This document shows, in pieces, positions 1 to 9,696 of a DNA stretch of 64,000 nt (the first letter of the stretch is position 1; each line of letters opens with the position of its first letter). The stretch comes from an uncultured bacterium (lineage in GTDB: Bacteria; Planctomycetota; Phycisphaerae; Phycisphaerales; SM1A02): NCBI GenBank assembly GCA_903831295.1, contig CAIKXA010000097.1, positions 984 to 64,983 on the forward strand, given 5' to 3'. Position numbers and translations under genes: made by a program. The notes beneath the pieces are model-generated. The model saw nothing but the letters and a program-made list of their open reading frames with translations, had not been told where the DNA came from and made no database searches.

Positions 1-346
1 CGGCAGCACGGATTTGGTTGGCGCAAAATTGAAAGAAGAACTTGATGGCCGTCTTGGTGGCGCGGGTATTGAAGTGTTGGAAAGCCGCATTTCCAGTTTG
101 AGTTACTCGCCAGAAATTGCCGCGGCCATGTTGCAGCGACAGCAAGCGTCGGCCATGGTGGCGGCGAGATTTAAAATTGTGGAAGGCGCGGTGGGCATGG
201 TCGAGTTGGCCATGGCGCAAATTGAGTCCAAGAAATTGGCGGTCATGAGCGCCGAGCAAAAAGCGCAAATGGTGAGCAATTTGCTTGTGGTTTTGGTCAG
301 CGACCGCGGCGCGCAACCCGTGGTGCAAGCTGGTGGCGGGGCGTAA
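1..346 (+). CDS. SPFH/band-7 (stomatin/prohibitin-like) protein, C-terminal fragment; 5' end lies outside the window
   Basis: The frame is open from nt 2, with no stop before the listed TTG at 14. The segment '[30 protein letters not shown]' resembles the conserved C-terminal helix region of band-7 proteins. Confidence 0.65.
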   Translation, partial: GSTDLVGAKLKEELDGRLGGAGIEVLESRISSLSYSPEIAAAMLQRQQASAMVAARFKIVEGAVGMVELAMAQIESKKLAVMSAEQKAQMVSNLLVVLVSDRGAQPVVQAGGGA

Positions 347-433
347 CGCGGCAACTTTCGGATGACAAATCTGTTGTGAAGTGGCGTTTCTCGTATGATC
401 GTCGACCCGACATTTCGCTCGGGTTGACCAATC

Positions 434-2305
434 ATGCTTATCACCGCAAAAGATCTTTCTAAGTCACATGGCCTGCGCGAATTATTCAGCGGCGTTTCAT
501 TTAGTGTTGCCGACGGCGACCGCGTTGGTTTCATTGGCCCAAACGGCGCCGGCAAGACCACGCTGTTGCGCATGCTTGCAGGAATTGAAGAACCCGATCA
601 CGGCTTGGTGCGCACGCAGCGCAACGCGGTGATTGTGTTTGTCAGTCAGCGGGATGATTTTCCCGCGGGTCTTACGCCGCGCTCTGCCGCAACTGCCGCG
701 GCGTTGAAGTCCGCAAGCGTGCACGGCGACGCGCTAGAGGCCGAAGTTCTTGGCAGCGTGATTCTTGGCAAACTTGGTTTTCCGGATTCACGCATGGACG
801 AGCGCGTGGAATTACTTTCGGGTGGTTGGAAAAAACGCCTCTCAATTGCCTGCGGTTTGTGCGAAGCGGGGGGCACGCCAGATTTGTTGCTGCTAGACGA
901 GCCCACAAATCATTTGGATGTTGAAGGTATTCGTTGGCTGGAACAATTTTTATCACGCGGAACCAATGACATTCGCGCGGGTGCGTGCGTGTTCGTGACG
1001 CATGATCGCGCGTTTCTGGAGCGCGTGGCAACGCGCGTGTTGGAATTAAGCCGCGCGTATCCGCAAGGCACGCTCATGATCGAGGGCAACTACAGCGAGT
1101 TCCTGAAGCGCCGCGATGAATTTCTAGAGGCGCAAGGTCGCGCCGAGGCCACGCTTGCCAATGAAGTCCGCATGGACGATGTGTGGTTGTCGCGCGGTCC
1201 GCAAGGTCGCGGCACCAAAGCCAAGAGCCGCATTGATGAGAGCGCCGATCGCCGCGATGTGCTCAGCGCAATCGCCGCGCGTAATGAGGCCGCGGGAGCG
1301 GGTGGCGCGCGTGTGGATTTCACCGCCAGTGGTCGTCGCACGCGTCGCTTGGTTGTGGCCACGGGCATCAGCAAAGGCTTTGATGGCCGCACGCTGTTTC
1401 GCGACCTTGATTTGGAAATTGCGCCAGGCGATCGTCTTGGTTTGATGGGCCCAAATGGCAGCGGAAAGACCACGCTTTTAGGCATTTTGTGCGGCGACAT
1501 GAAACCCGACACGGGCGACATTCGATTTGCGGATCCAATGCCGCGCGTTGTGATTTTGCGCCAACAACGCACCGACATTCCAGAAAATACTTTGCTGCGC
1601 GACGCCATTTGTCCGCTGGGCGAGGTTGTGGATTTTCAAGGTCGCTCCATGCACATCACCGCGTGGTCGCGAAGATTTCTTTTCAAGGACGCGCAACTTC
1701 TTCAAACTGTAAAAAATCTTTCTGGTGGCGAACGGGCGCGCGCGCACATTGCGCGAATGATGCTTGAGCCCGCCGATATTCTGGTGCTTGACGAACCCAC
1801 CAACGACTTGGACATTCCAACGCTCGAGGTGCTTGAGGAGTCGATTGAATCTTTTCCTGGCGCCGTGTTGTTGGTCACGCATGATCGCACCATGTTGAAG
1901 CGCTTGGCAAAAAGTATCGCCGTGATCGGCGCGCCCGATGCCAGCGTGTCGGTGGTCGCAAGTCTTGATCAGGCCATGGCGTGTCTAGAGCGCGCTGAAA
2001 AGGAAGTGGCCGAGCGCGACCGCACAACGCGCATGGAAGGAAATCGCGCCGCCAAAGCCGCGGGTGTGGCCACAAGCAAGCGCACGCGATTAAGTTTCAA
2101 GGAGCAACGCGAACTAGACGCCATGGAAACCGCGGTTGAAACCGCTGAACAAGAGCGGCTTGTTGCGGAGGCGCGCGTGGCAGACCCTGTTATTGCCGCC
2201 GACCATGTGAAAATGGCCGCAGCGTGCAAGTTGTTGGATGAGGCGCAAGAAAAAATCCACACGCTGTATGTCCGCTGGCAAGAGCTAGAGACCAAGCGGG
2301 GTTGA
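434..2305 (+). CDS. ABC-F family ATPase (two ABC ATPase domains, no TM domain, C-terminal coiled coil; Uup-like)
   Basis: Two Walker A motifs (GPNGAGKTT, GPNGSGKTT). Two ABC signatures (LSGGWKKR, LSGGERAR). Two Walker B motifs (LLLLDEPTNHLD, ILVLDEPTNDLD). Charged helical tail. Confidence 0.9.
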   Translation: MLITAKDLSKSHGLRELFSGVSFSVADGDRVGFIGPNGAGKTTLLRMLAGIEEPDHGLVRTQRNAVIVFVSQRDDFPAGLTPRSAATAAALKSASVHGDALEAEVLGSVILGKLGFPDSRMDERVELLSGGWKKRLSIACGLCEAGGTPDLLLLDEPTNHLDVEGIRWLEQFLSRGTNDIRAGACVFVTHDRAFLERVATRVLELSRAYPQGTLMIEGNYSEFLKRRDEFLEAQGRAEATLANEVRMDDVWLSRGPQGRGTKAKSRIDESADRRDVLSAIAARNEAAGAGGARVDFTASGRRTRRLVVATGISKGFDGRTLFRDLDLEIAPGDRLGLMGPNGSGKTTLLGILCGDMKPDTGDIRFADPMPRVVILRQQRTDIPENTLLRDAICPLGEVVDFQGRSMHITAWSRRFLFKDAQLLQTVKNLSGGERARAHIARMMLEPADILVLDEPTNDLDIPTLEVLEESIESFPGAVLLVTHDRTMLKRLAKSIAVIGAPDASVSVVASLDQAMACLERAEKEVAERDRTTRMEGNRAAKAAGVATSKRTRLSFKEQRELDAMETAVETAEQERLVAEARVADPVIAADHVKMAAACKLLDEAQEKIHTLYVRWQELETKRG

Positions 2306-2317
2306 AAGATTCTGATT

Positions 2318-3454
2318 TTATTTTGCCGCGCTGCTGAGCGCTTTTTGGGCCGCCACCAATTGCATCATGGTGGCGTCATCCAGAGTCATTGGGTGTCCTT
2401 GCCAACGCACAATTCCGTCGCTTGAAACCACCGCGCAACTTGGAATGCCTTTGACTTCAAAGAAGTCCTTCAGCTTGTGTTCTGGATCAAGCGCCAATGA
2501 ATAATTGAATGAACCTATTTTTAATTTAGCCTTGCCCAATCCCGTGTCAAAGGCGGATTTTGTTTCATCACTTATGCCAATACACACAACGTTTTCAGCG
2601 AATTTTTTTGATATCTCGTTCATGTGGGGAATGGATGCGACGCATGGACCGCACCACGTGGCCCAAAAGTCAATCACAAGAAGTTTTTTGTCCACGGCCG
2701 GTTGCGTGGTGATCCATTCTTGCGGCGCCAAGGCGATCATGCGCTGGCCGCGTCGATCCTTCGCGGCATCAACTGGGTTTGAAAATGTTGGAAATGTAGT
2801 GGGTGCGGCGGCCGCAGTGCCCGCAGCAGAGCCGCCCACACTTGCGCCCGCATCAGATGGCGCAATTTTTTCGGTGAGCAAAAATGCGCACGCGCGCTTC
2901 ATTCCACTGGGTGTCAGCCCCGCAAAGCGAATGTTGCCGCCCTTGTCTACCACTATGTTGGTTGGCTTCTTCGGCAAGCCAAGCAGCGCGCTCCACGCAC
3001 CTTCTGGATCAAGCGCGATTAGAAGCGGCGCCCTCTTTTCAAGTTGCTTTTTAGTTTTCTCCGCGTCCGCGGTCGACATAATCACCACGAATTTCACATC
3101 CGGCGGAAGATCTTTTTTCAATTTCTCCGAAGCGTTTAAGCCAGTGGATTTGTCGAGCGCGCTTTGAATCACGGTTACGCAATTTGTGAACGAGGTTGGC
3201 GCGTCGCCGCCGATCCACTCGACTTTTGAGGATGCGGGCGCGATTGGCTTTCCAAGCTTTTCTGCGAGCGATTTGCGGTCTTCGTCGTCCATTTTGGAAA
3301 GCCATTTGGCGTTGGCGCCACCATCGGCGGCGGGCAGATCTATTGCGGGCGGCTTCTTTGTTTCTTTGGTGTCTTTGTCGCCAGCGATTTGCAGCGCACC
3401 GAAAAGCGCCAGCATGATCAAGCCAATTTTTACGCGCGGTGGTGCAATGTGCAT
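2318..3454 (-). CDS. Secreted TlpA/ResA-like thiol-disulfide oxidoreductase (thioredoxin fold)
   Basis: N-terminal signal-like segment. C-terminal 'FWATWCGPC' CxxC thioredoxin motif followed by a redoxin-like fold pattern. Confidence 0.8.
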   Translation of the reverse strand: MHIAPPRVKIGLIMLALFGALQIAGDKDTKETKKPPAIDLPAADGGANAKWLSKMDDEDRKSLAEKLGKPIAPASSKVEWIGGDAPTSFTNCVTVIQSALDKSTGLNASEKLKKDLPPDVKFVVIMSTADAEKTKKQLEKRAPLLIALDPEGAWSALLGLPKKPTNIVVDKGGNIRFAGLTPSGMKRACAFLLTEKIAPSDAGASVGGSAAGTAAAAPTTFPTFSNPVDAAKDRRGQRMIALAPQEWITTQPAVDKKLLVIDFWATWCGPCVASIPHMNEISKKFAENVVCIGISDETKSAFDTGLGKAKLKIGSFNYSLALDPEHKLKDFFEVKGIPSCAVVSSDGIVRWQGHPMTLDDATMMQLVAAQKALSSAAK

Positions 3455-3481
3455 GCGGGCATCGTAACGAATGAAGTGGTG

Positions 3482-4483
3482 TTACTTGGCAAGCGAGTCG
3501 CTTCGCGCAACGGTGGTCACTTGCGCTCGCCCCGCGCTTCGGCGCGCAAGTTGAATCACCACAACGCCACCAAGAATAAAAACGGTTGCCACAGCTGTGC
3601 GCAAGCCAGGTTGTTCGTTTAGAAAAAGCCATCCAAGCACAATGGCAACCAATGGGTTCACATAGGCGTATGTTGAAACCGACGCGGCGCTGACATGGTG
3701 CAGCAACCAGACGAACGCGGTGAAGCCAATCATTGAGCCGAATACCGCCAAGTACAACCACGCCATCCATGCTGAATCATTCCAAGGAATTTCTCCAATG
3801 GGTTTCCATGCTTCAAAGCACGTGCTTGCGGCTAGCAGCATCAATCCACCAGCGATCATTTGAAACGCGCTTGAAGCGAGCGGATGCGGAGGTTGTGAAA
3901 CGCGTCTACCAAGAATGCCGCCCACGCTCCACAAAATGCAACTCGCCAGCACCATGAAACTGCCAATCACATCAATGGGCGCGCTGGAACTGGTTGTGAA
4001 AAGTTTTCCACTCATCAACACGCCAACGCCAAGCAATCCAATAATCAGTCCCGCGATAATTTGTGGCGAGAATTTTCCAACGCCGGTTTGCCAGCGATCG
4101 AGCAGCAACATCCATATAGGAGTGGTGGCCACGATCAATGCCGCAAGTCCAGATGGCAAGCCAGGCCGTCCCAAGCTCATGCACAACAAACCGTTGGCTC
4201 CAAGCATCATGAACGCGCCAACCACAAATGCGCCGCGCCAATACGCCACGTCGCGCAGCCAAGGAAATTTAAATTTTCCTAGGACCGCCAAAATCAGCAT
4301 TAATGTTGTGCCGGCTAGAAAAAATCGCGAGCCGCCCAAAAAGAGCGGTGGAATTTTGGACACGGCAATTTTCATGCCCAGATATGTGCTGCCCCAAATG
4401 ACATACACCAACGCGAAGCATGTGATGGTCATAGCTACGGGTGGCGATGATTTTGAATTTAAATTCACCGCTGACACCAACAA
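3482..4483 (-). CDS. EamA/DMT-family transporter (10-TM drug/metabolite exporter type)
   Basis: Polytopic hydrophobic protein of about 330 aa with duplicated 5-TM EamA-like halves. 'VIWGSTYLGMKIA' is a typical first helix. Confidence 0.75.
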   Translation of the reverse strand: MLVSAVNLNSKSSPPVAMTITCFALVYVIWGSTYLGMKIAVSKIPPLFLGGSRFFLAGTTLMLILAVLGKFKFPWLRDVAYWRGAFVVGAFMMLGANGLLCMSLGRPGLPSGLAALIVATTPIWMLLLDRWQTGVGKFSPQIIAGLIIGLLGVGVLMSGKLFTTSSSAPIDVIGSFMVLASCILWSVGGILGRRVSQPPHPLASSAFQMIAGGLMLLAASTCFEAWKPIGEIPWNDSAWMAWLYLAVFGSMIGFTAFVWLLHHVSAASVSTYAYVNPLVAIVLGWLFLNEQPGLRTAVATVFILGGVVVIQLARRSAGRAQVTTVARSDSLAK

Positions 4484-4649
4484 AATAAAGCGTTTTGAAC
4501 CCGCGATGTAGATGGGTCGGTCGTTCTATACGCGCGGACTTTCATGAAGAATTGAATGGTAGCGATGACTTCGATCTTTATACAAAATTCCCTATGATGG
4601 TTTGCGGCGGATTGCCGCCTATGGTTGTGTTCATGCTTGAAAGGATCCA

Positions 4650-6344
4650 ATGTCTTCGTTGAAATCAAACACTTCTGATCATGCCAGCGCTACAGTCCAA
4701 ACGCCCGCAACCACGGCCCACTCTGTGAATCCGGAGGCGGTCACGCTTTCGGGCTATGAAGTTGAGCAGCAATACGGCCCGAACATTTCCACCACCGATG
4801 CCAAGGATTCAACCAAGCCGCATGCGCGTATTGGCCAGCCTGGGCAATTTCCATTTACCCGCGGCGTGCATCAAACCATGTATCGCAATCGTTTGTGGAC
4901 TATGCGCCAGTTTGCCGGCTTTGGTAGCGCTGACGACACGAATAAAAGATTTAAGTATTTACTAGATAATGCAAAGGGCACAAAAGCCAACACAGGTTTA
5001 TCAACCGCGTTTGATTTGCCAACCCTCATGGGTCGTGATTCAGATGATCCGTTGGCGGCCGGTGAAGTAGGGCGTTGCGGCGTTGCCATTTGCACCATTG
5101 ATGACATGCACCGTTTGTACGCCGATATTCCAGTGGGCGATGTCACAGTAAGTCAGACAATAAATGGCCCGGCATGCGTGATTTGGGCCATGTATTTGGC
5201 CATGGCGAAGCAGCGCGGTATTTCTTGGGATTCGCTCGGCGGAACGCTGCAAAACGACATTTTGAAAGAGTTCCATAGCCAGAACGAATTCATTTACCCA
5301 CCCGAGGCCAGTGTGAAACTGGTGGTGGACACAATTGAATTCGCGGCGCAGAACACTCCCAAGTGGAATTCCGTTTCAATCAGCGGCTACCACATTCGTG
5401 AGTCTGGTTCCACGGCCACGCAAGAGTTGGCGTTCACGTTGCGCGACGGAATGGAATATGTGGAGGCGTGTTTAAAGCGCGGTCTTGATGTTGATTCATT
5501 CGCGCCTCGATTAAGTTTCTTCTTCAATAGCCATAATGAGTTCTTTGAGGAAATTTGCAAGCTGCGTGCCGCGCGGCGTATTTGGGCCAACGCCATGCGC
5601 TTCCGATTTGGTGCCAAGCAAGAACGAAGTTGGCTTATGCGCACGCACGTTCAGACCGCGGGTTGCTCGCTCACAGAGCAGCAGCCCATGAACAACATTG
5701 TGCGCGTTGCTTATCAAGCGCTCGCCGGCGTGTTGGGCGGTTGCCAAAGTTTGCACACCGACAGCATGGATGAAACTCTTGGCTTGCCAACGGAAGCCGC
5801 CGTTCGCGTGGCGCTTCGCACGCAACAAATCTTGGCGCATGAAACTGGCGTGCATCGCACGGTGGATCCGCTTGGCGGAAGCTGGTTTGTGGAGGCGCTC
5901 ACCGATCGCATGGAAACCGACGCCAATGAATTCATCAAGGAAATTGATGACATGGGCGGCGTAGTTGCTGGCATTCATAAGGGCTATTTCCGCAGACAAA
6001 TTGCCGAAGCCAGTTACCGCTTTGGTCAGGAAATGGAGGCCGGCGATCGCGTGATCGTGGGTGTGAACGCGTATCCAGAGGGCAACGAGGATCGCCAAAT
6101 GGAGATCCTGCAAATTCCGCATGAGGTGGAGTCGCAGCAGAATGATCGCCTTGCCAAATTCCGCAGTGAGCGTAACGCGGACTTGGCCAAGAAGGGTCTT
6201 GATGGAATTCGCGCGGCGGCGCGTGCAGGCGAGAACGTCATGCCATCGCTTGTGCAAGCATCGCTAGATCGCTGCACGCTTGGTGAAATGGTGCAGGCCA
6301 TGGCTGATGTGTATGGTCGGTATGCGGGCGGCCCCGAATGGTGA
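4650..6344 (+). CDS. Methylmalonyl-CoA mutase family, large (catalytic, N-terminal TIM-barrel) subunit without a fused B12-binding domain
   Basis: 'GQPGQFPFTRGVHQTMYRNRLWTMRQFAGFGSADDTNKRFKYLL' and 'VQTAGCSLTEQQPMNNIVRVAYQALAGVLGG' are hallmark MCM motifs. The length (564 aa) stops before the cobalamin-binding domain. Confidence 0.9.
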   Translation: MSSLKSNTSDHASATVQTPATTAHSVNPEAVTLSGYEVEQQYGPNISTTDAKDSTKPHARIGQPGQFPFTRGVHQTMYRNRLWTMRQFAGFGSADDTNKRFKYLLDNAKGTKANTGLSTAFDLPTLMGRDSDDPLAAGEVGRCGVAICTIDDMHRLYADIPVGDVTVSQTINGPACVIWAMYLAMAKQRGISWDSLGGTLQNDILKEFHSQNEFIYPPEASVKLVVDTIEFAAQNTPKWNSVSISGYHIRESGSTATQELAFTLRDGMEYVEACLKRGLDVDSFAPRLSFFFNSHNEFFEEICKLRAARRIWANAMRFRFGAKQERSWLMRTHVQTAGCSLTEQQPMNNIVRVAYQALAGVLGGCQSLHTDSMDETLGLPTEAAVRVALRTQQILAHETGVHRTVDPLGGSWFVEALTDRMETDANEFIKEIDDMGGVVAGIHKGYFRRQIAEASYRFGQEMEAGDRVIVGVNAYPEGNEDRQMEILQIPHEVESQQNDRLAKFRSERNADLAKKGLDGIRAAARAGENVMPSLVQASLDRCTLGEMVQAMADVYGRYAGGPEW

Positions 6345-6952
6345 TTCGATATTTATTGGCATGCGTTGTTGGCGCCATGCTTGCGTTCACATGGGGCGGC
6401 ATTGCGTGGGGAAATAATTTATGGGCGTGGGCCATGAAACCAGTCACCGCTCCTGTTGAATTGCTCAGCGCTGTGCAAATGAACATGAGCCAAAGCGGCG
6501 CGCTCTTGTATCCAGGCTTTCCTGTGTTGCCCGCCACTGCAACCGCCGCGGAAAAGAAAGCCAGCGATGATGCCACTGTTGCGGCGTACAAAAAAGGTCC
6601 GGTGTTCACGGTTCTGTTTCACAAGGACGGCGCCGACATGAGCGATCCACGCGTGTTTGTGCGGGGTTTTCTCATTGAATTGTTTGCCACCGCGGCGCTG
6701 GTTGCGCTGATTGGTTTGGGCGGATCAGGCCACGGACCGCTTCGCAGATTCATGGTGCTGCTGGCCGCAGTTGTATTTATGAACATGGGCGTGCATTTGG
6801 TGGCGTGGAACTTTATGTATGTGCCCACGGATTGGACGCTGGCCATGATCATGGATAGCGCGGTCACGTGGACGCTTGCTGGTTTACCCGCGGTGATATT
6901 TTTAAGATCCATGCGTGAAGGCGACACACCCAAGGAATATCAATCAGCGTGA
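6338..6952 (+). CDS. Hypothetical integral membrane protein
   Basis: ATG overlaps the MCM stop by 7 nt, and its own stop overlaps the next GTG start (GTGA). Several hydrophobic helices. No recognisable family. Confidence 0.5.
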   Translation: MVIRYLLACVVGAMLAFTWGGIAWGNNLWAWAMKPVTAPVELLSAVQMNMSQSGALLYPGFPVLPATATAAEKKASDDATVAAYKKGPVFTVLFHKDGADMSDPRVFVRGFLIELFATAALVALIGLGGSGHGPLRRFMVLLAAVVFMNMGVHLVAWNFMYVPTDWTLAMIMDSAVTWTLAGLPAVIFLRSMREGDTPKEYQSA

Positions 6953-8274
6953 GTCAGATCAGTCTCACGCCCACATCTCCAATTCAACAGCCAGGTACGC
7001 CGCACGAAGGTGTCGCGCGCGTGATGCTGGCTGCCACTATTGGCAACGTGCTGGAGTGGTATGACTTCGCGGTCTATGGATATTTAGCCACCACGCTTGG
7101 ACCACTTTTCTTTCCCAACGAAAGTCAGACGGCGCAAACACTTTCCGCATTCGCAGTGTTCGCTGTGGGTTATCTCATGCGGCCAGTGGGCGCCATGGTG
7201 CTTGGACCAATTGGTGATCGCTTTGGTCGCCGCGCCATGCTTGTCATCAGTGTTCTCTTGATGGGGCTTTCAAGTTTGGTCATGGGATTGCTTCCAACTT
7301 TCGCGCAAATTGGTTTGGCTGCGCCCGTGTTGATGGTGCTGTGTCGCATGGGCCAAGGCATGAGCGTGGGCGGTGAGTACACCGGAAGTATGACATATTC
7401 CGCTGAAATAGCTCCAAAACGCTGGCGCGGCACATTGAGCAGTTTGGCCACAGTGGGGTGTCTGACGGGGTTCTTGCTGGGCTCCGCAACAGATTGGATT
7501 TTAAAAGAGCAGCTTGGCGCGGCGGCGGTCAGCGCGTGGGCATGGCGCGTCCCGTTTTTACTTGGTTTACCAATCTGTGCCGTGGCTATTTGGCTGCGCT
7601 CTAGTTTGCCAGAGACGCAGGATCAAGGGGCGAAAGATGATTTAAGTGTGGGCAAGGTTTTCAAGGACATCACGAGCAACTATCGCAAGGCGTTCGAAAT
7701 TATTTCGATTGTCACTGGCGTGAACATCGCGTTCTATTTGTTCTTTGTGTGGGCGCCGGATTTATTGGAGCAGGGCGTTGCCAAGGGTGCGCCGTGGGTG
7801 CAAGGCCTGAACACAATGTCAATGGCGTATCAAATTCCATTGATCGTGGCTGGTGGTTGGTTGAGCGATCGATTTGGTCGACGCTTAATCAGCATGATCA
7901 GTGTTGTGATGTTGATGATTGTGTCCGTGCCTGCGATGCACTTGTGTCAATCTGGAAGTGAAACGGAGTTTGCGATCGGCCAAGCGCTGGTGGCAATTCC
8001 AATTTCAATTTTGTTTGGTTTGCAAGGCGCCATGATTGTGGAACTTACTCCCGCCGCCATTCGTTGCAGCCTATTTAGCGTGGCATATTCGGCGGCCATA
8101 GCCCTCTTTGCAGGCACTTCGCCACTGATTGCCACTTGGTTTACGCAGTCACTGAAATTGCAGTGGGGCCCAGTGATCTATTTAATGGCGGGTTTATTGG
8201 TGAGCCTTTGGACGCTCTTCACGCTGCCTGAAACACATCATCAGTCATTGGCCGAAGTGAATTCCGCGCGCTGA
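6949..8274 (+). CDS. MFS transporter (metabolite:H+ symporter, ProP/KgtP-like)
   Basis: MFS motif A 'GPIGDRFGRRAML', a second 'LSDRFGRRL', and a 12-TM pattern. GTG start overlaps the upstream stop. Confidence 0.85.
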   Translation: MSQISLTPTSPIQQPGTPHEGVARVMLAATIGNVLEWYDFAVYGYLATTLGPLFFPNESQTAQTLSAFAVFAVGYLMRPVGAMVLGPIGDRFGRRAMLVISVLLMGLSSLVMGLLPTFAQIGLAAPVLMVLCRMGQGMSVGGEYTGSMTYSAEIAPKRWRGTLSSLATVGCLTGFLLGSATDWILKEQLGAAAVSAWAWRVPFLLGLPICAVAIWLRSSLPETQDQGAKDDLSVGKVFKDITSNYRKAFEIISIVTGVNIAFYLFFVWAPDLLEQGVAKGAPWVQGLNTMSMAYQIPLIVAGGWLSDRFGRRLISMISVVMLMIVSVPAMHLCQSGSETEFAIGQALVAIPISILFGLQGAMIVELTPAAIRCSLFSVAYSAAIALFAGTSPLIATWFTQSLKLQWGPVIYLMAGLLVSLWTLFTLPETHHQSLAEVNSAR

Positions 8275-8342
8275 TTTTCGGGGCGGGCGATTTGCAACGA
8301 AGGCAACTCACTGTCGTTGCGAATTCCCTACTATCTCAAACT

Positions 8343-9695
8343 ATGGCAGCCTTTCAAAGTCCAAAGGGAACGCGCGACTTCTATCCAGATCAAATGGCGT
8401 TGCGTCGCCATGTGGAAAATATTTGGCGCAAGGCCAGCGTGGATTGTGGATTTGATGAGATCGAAGGTCCCACCTTTGAACATTTGTCGTTATTCACCGC
8501 CAAGAGCGGTCCTGGAATTGTAAGTGAGCTTTTTTCTTTTCGCAGAGCTGGTGGGAGCGATGATTACGCGTTGCGTCCTGAGTTCACTCCGACATTGGCG
8601 CGCATGGCCGCGGCGCGAGCTGGAACATTGTCCGTGCCCACAAAGTGGTTCGCTATTCCGCTGCACTTTCGCGCGGAGCGTCCACAGCGTGGAAGGTTGC
8701 GCGAGTTTGTGCAGTGGAATGTGGACTTGCTTGGAAGCGAAGGCGCAGCGGCTGATTGCGATGTGATTGCGTGCGCCGCTTTGGGTCTTGAACGGCTTGG
8801 TTTAAAGCCCACGGATGTGCGTTTTCGCTTGGCGCATCGCGGCGCTTCCGCGGCTGTGTTGACCGCGGCGGGCGTGGCGGGCGAGCACATTGGGGAAGCC
8901 TTTGAATTGCTTGATCGACGCGACAAATTGTCGCCCGAGGAGTTTCAAACGCGCGCCGTGAAGTTGGGTCTTGATGATGCGGCGCAGAAAAGATTCGCAG
9001 CTATCGCGGGAACCAAACTTCCAGTTTCGGCGAGCATGAATGATGTCGCAGCGTCGCTTGGGGTGGGCGCGGATGTGCTTGCTCCGCTTGCCGAGTTGTC
9101 TGAGAAATTAAATTCACTCGGCTTGTCGGATTGGTGCCAATGGGATTTTGGAATTGTTCGCGGACTTGCCTACTACACCGGCACTGTATTTGAAGTGCAC
9201 GAATGCGCGGGCAAGGAGCGCGCCATCGCTGGTGGCGGGCGCTATGACGGACTTGTTGAATTATTTGGTGGACCAAAAATGCCTGCGATTGGTTTTGGAA
9301 TGGGCGATGTTGTGCTTGGGCTTGTGTTGGCGGACAAGGGTTTGCTGCCAAAAGATGGCGGGCAACTTTTGCCTCGGCCTGATGTGTTTTTAATTTCAGA
9401 TGGAAGCGACGCCGCCGAGAAGGCGTTGCCCAAGTTGGTGATGCAAATTCGCCGCGCTGGTTTGCATGCGCGACACTCTTGGAAAGCCACCAAAAACGTG
9501 GGGAAATTGCTGAGTGATGCTGGCAAGTGCCGCGCGCGCTCCGCATTAATTCTGGGCGCCGAAATGGCCAATGGCGCCGTTGCGATCAAGGACCTGGATG
9601 GCGGCGGGCAGCGCATTGTGCCGCTTGAAGAAGTGGTCGCGACATTGCTGGCCATGACAACGGCCAACACATCCACTCCGTCTAAAGAAATTTAA
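8343..9695 (+). CDS. hisS: Histidine--tRNA ligase
   Basis: 'FQSPKGTRDFYP', 'LRPEFTPTLARM' and 'RAERPQRGRLREFVQWNVD' (class II motifs), plus a C-terminal anticodon-binding domain. I prefer the ATG at 8343 to the TTG at 8292. Confidence 0.93.
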   Translation: MAAFQSPKGTRDFYPDQMALRRHVENIWRKASVDCGFDEIEGPTFEHLSLFTAKSGPGIVSELFSFRRAGGSDDYALRPEFTPTLARMAAARAGTLSVPTKWFAIPLHFRAERPQRGRLREFVQWNVDLLGSEGAAADCDVIACAALGLERLGLKPTDVRFRLAHRGASAAVLTAAGVAGEHIGEAFELLDRRDKLSPEEFQTRAVKLGLDDAAQKRFAAIAGTKLPVSASMNDVAASLGVGADVLAPLAELSEKLNSLGLSDWCQWDFGIVRGLAYYTGTVFEVHECAGKERAIAGGGRYDGLVELFGGPKMPAIGFGMGDVVLGLVLADKGLLPKDGGQLLPRPDVFLISDGSDAAEKALPKLVMQIRRAGLHARHSWKATKNVGKLLSDAGKCRARSALILGAEMANGAVAIKDLDGGGQRIVPLEEVVATLLAMTTANTSTPSKEI

Positions 9696-9696
9696 T

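Noticed and set aside
4484-4649. A possible cobalamin riboswitch in the 166-nt divergent region upstream of the B12-dependent mutase gene.
   Set aside because: There is only a short GGCGG-ATTG-CCGCC hairpin, a small direct repeat and no B12-box-like sequence. Mutase genes are also not typical riboswitch targets.
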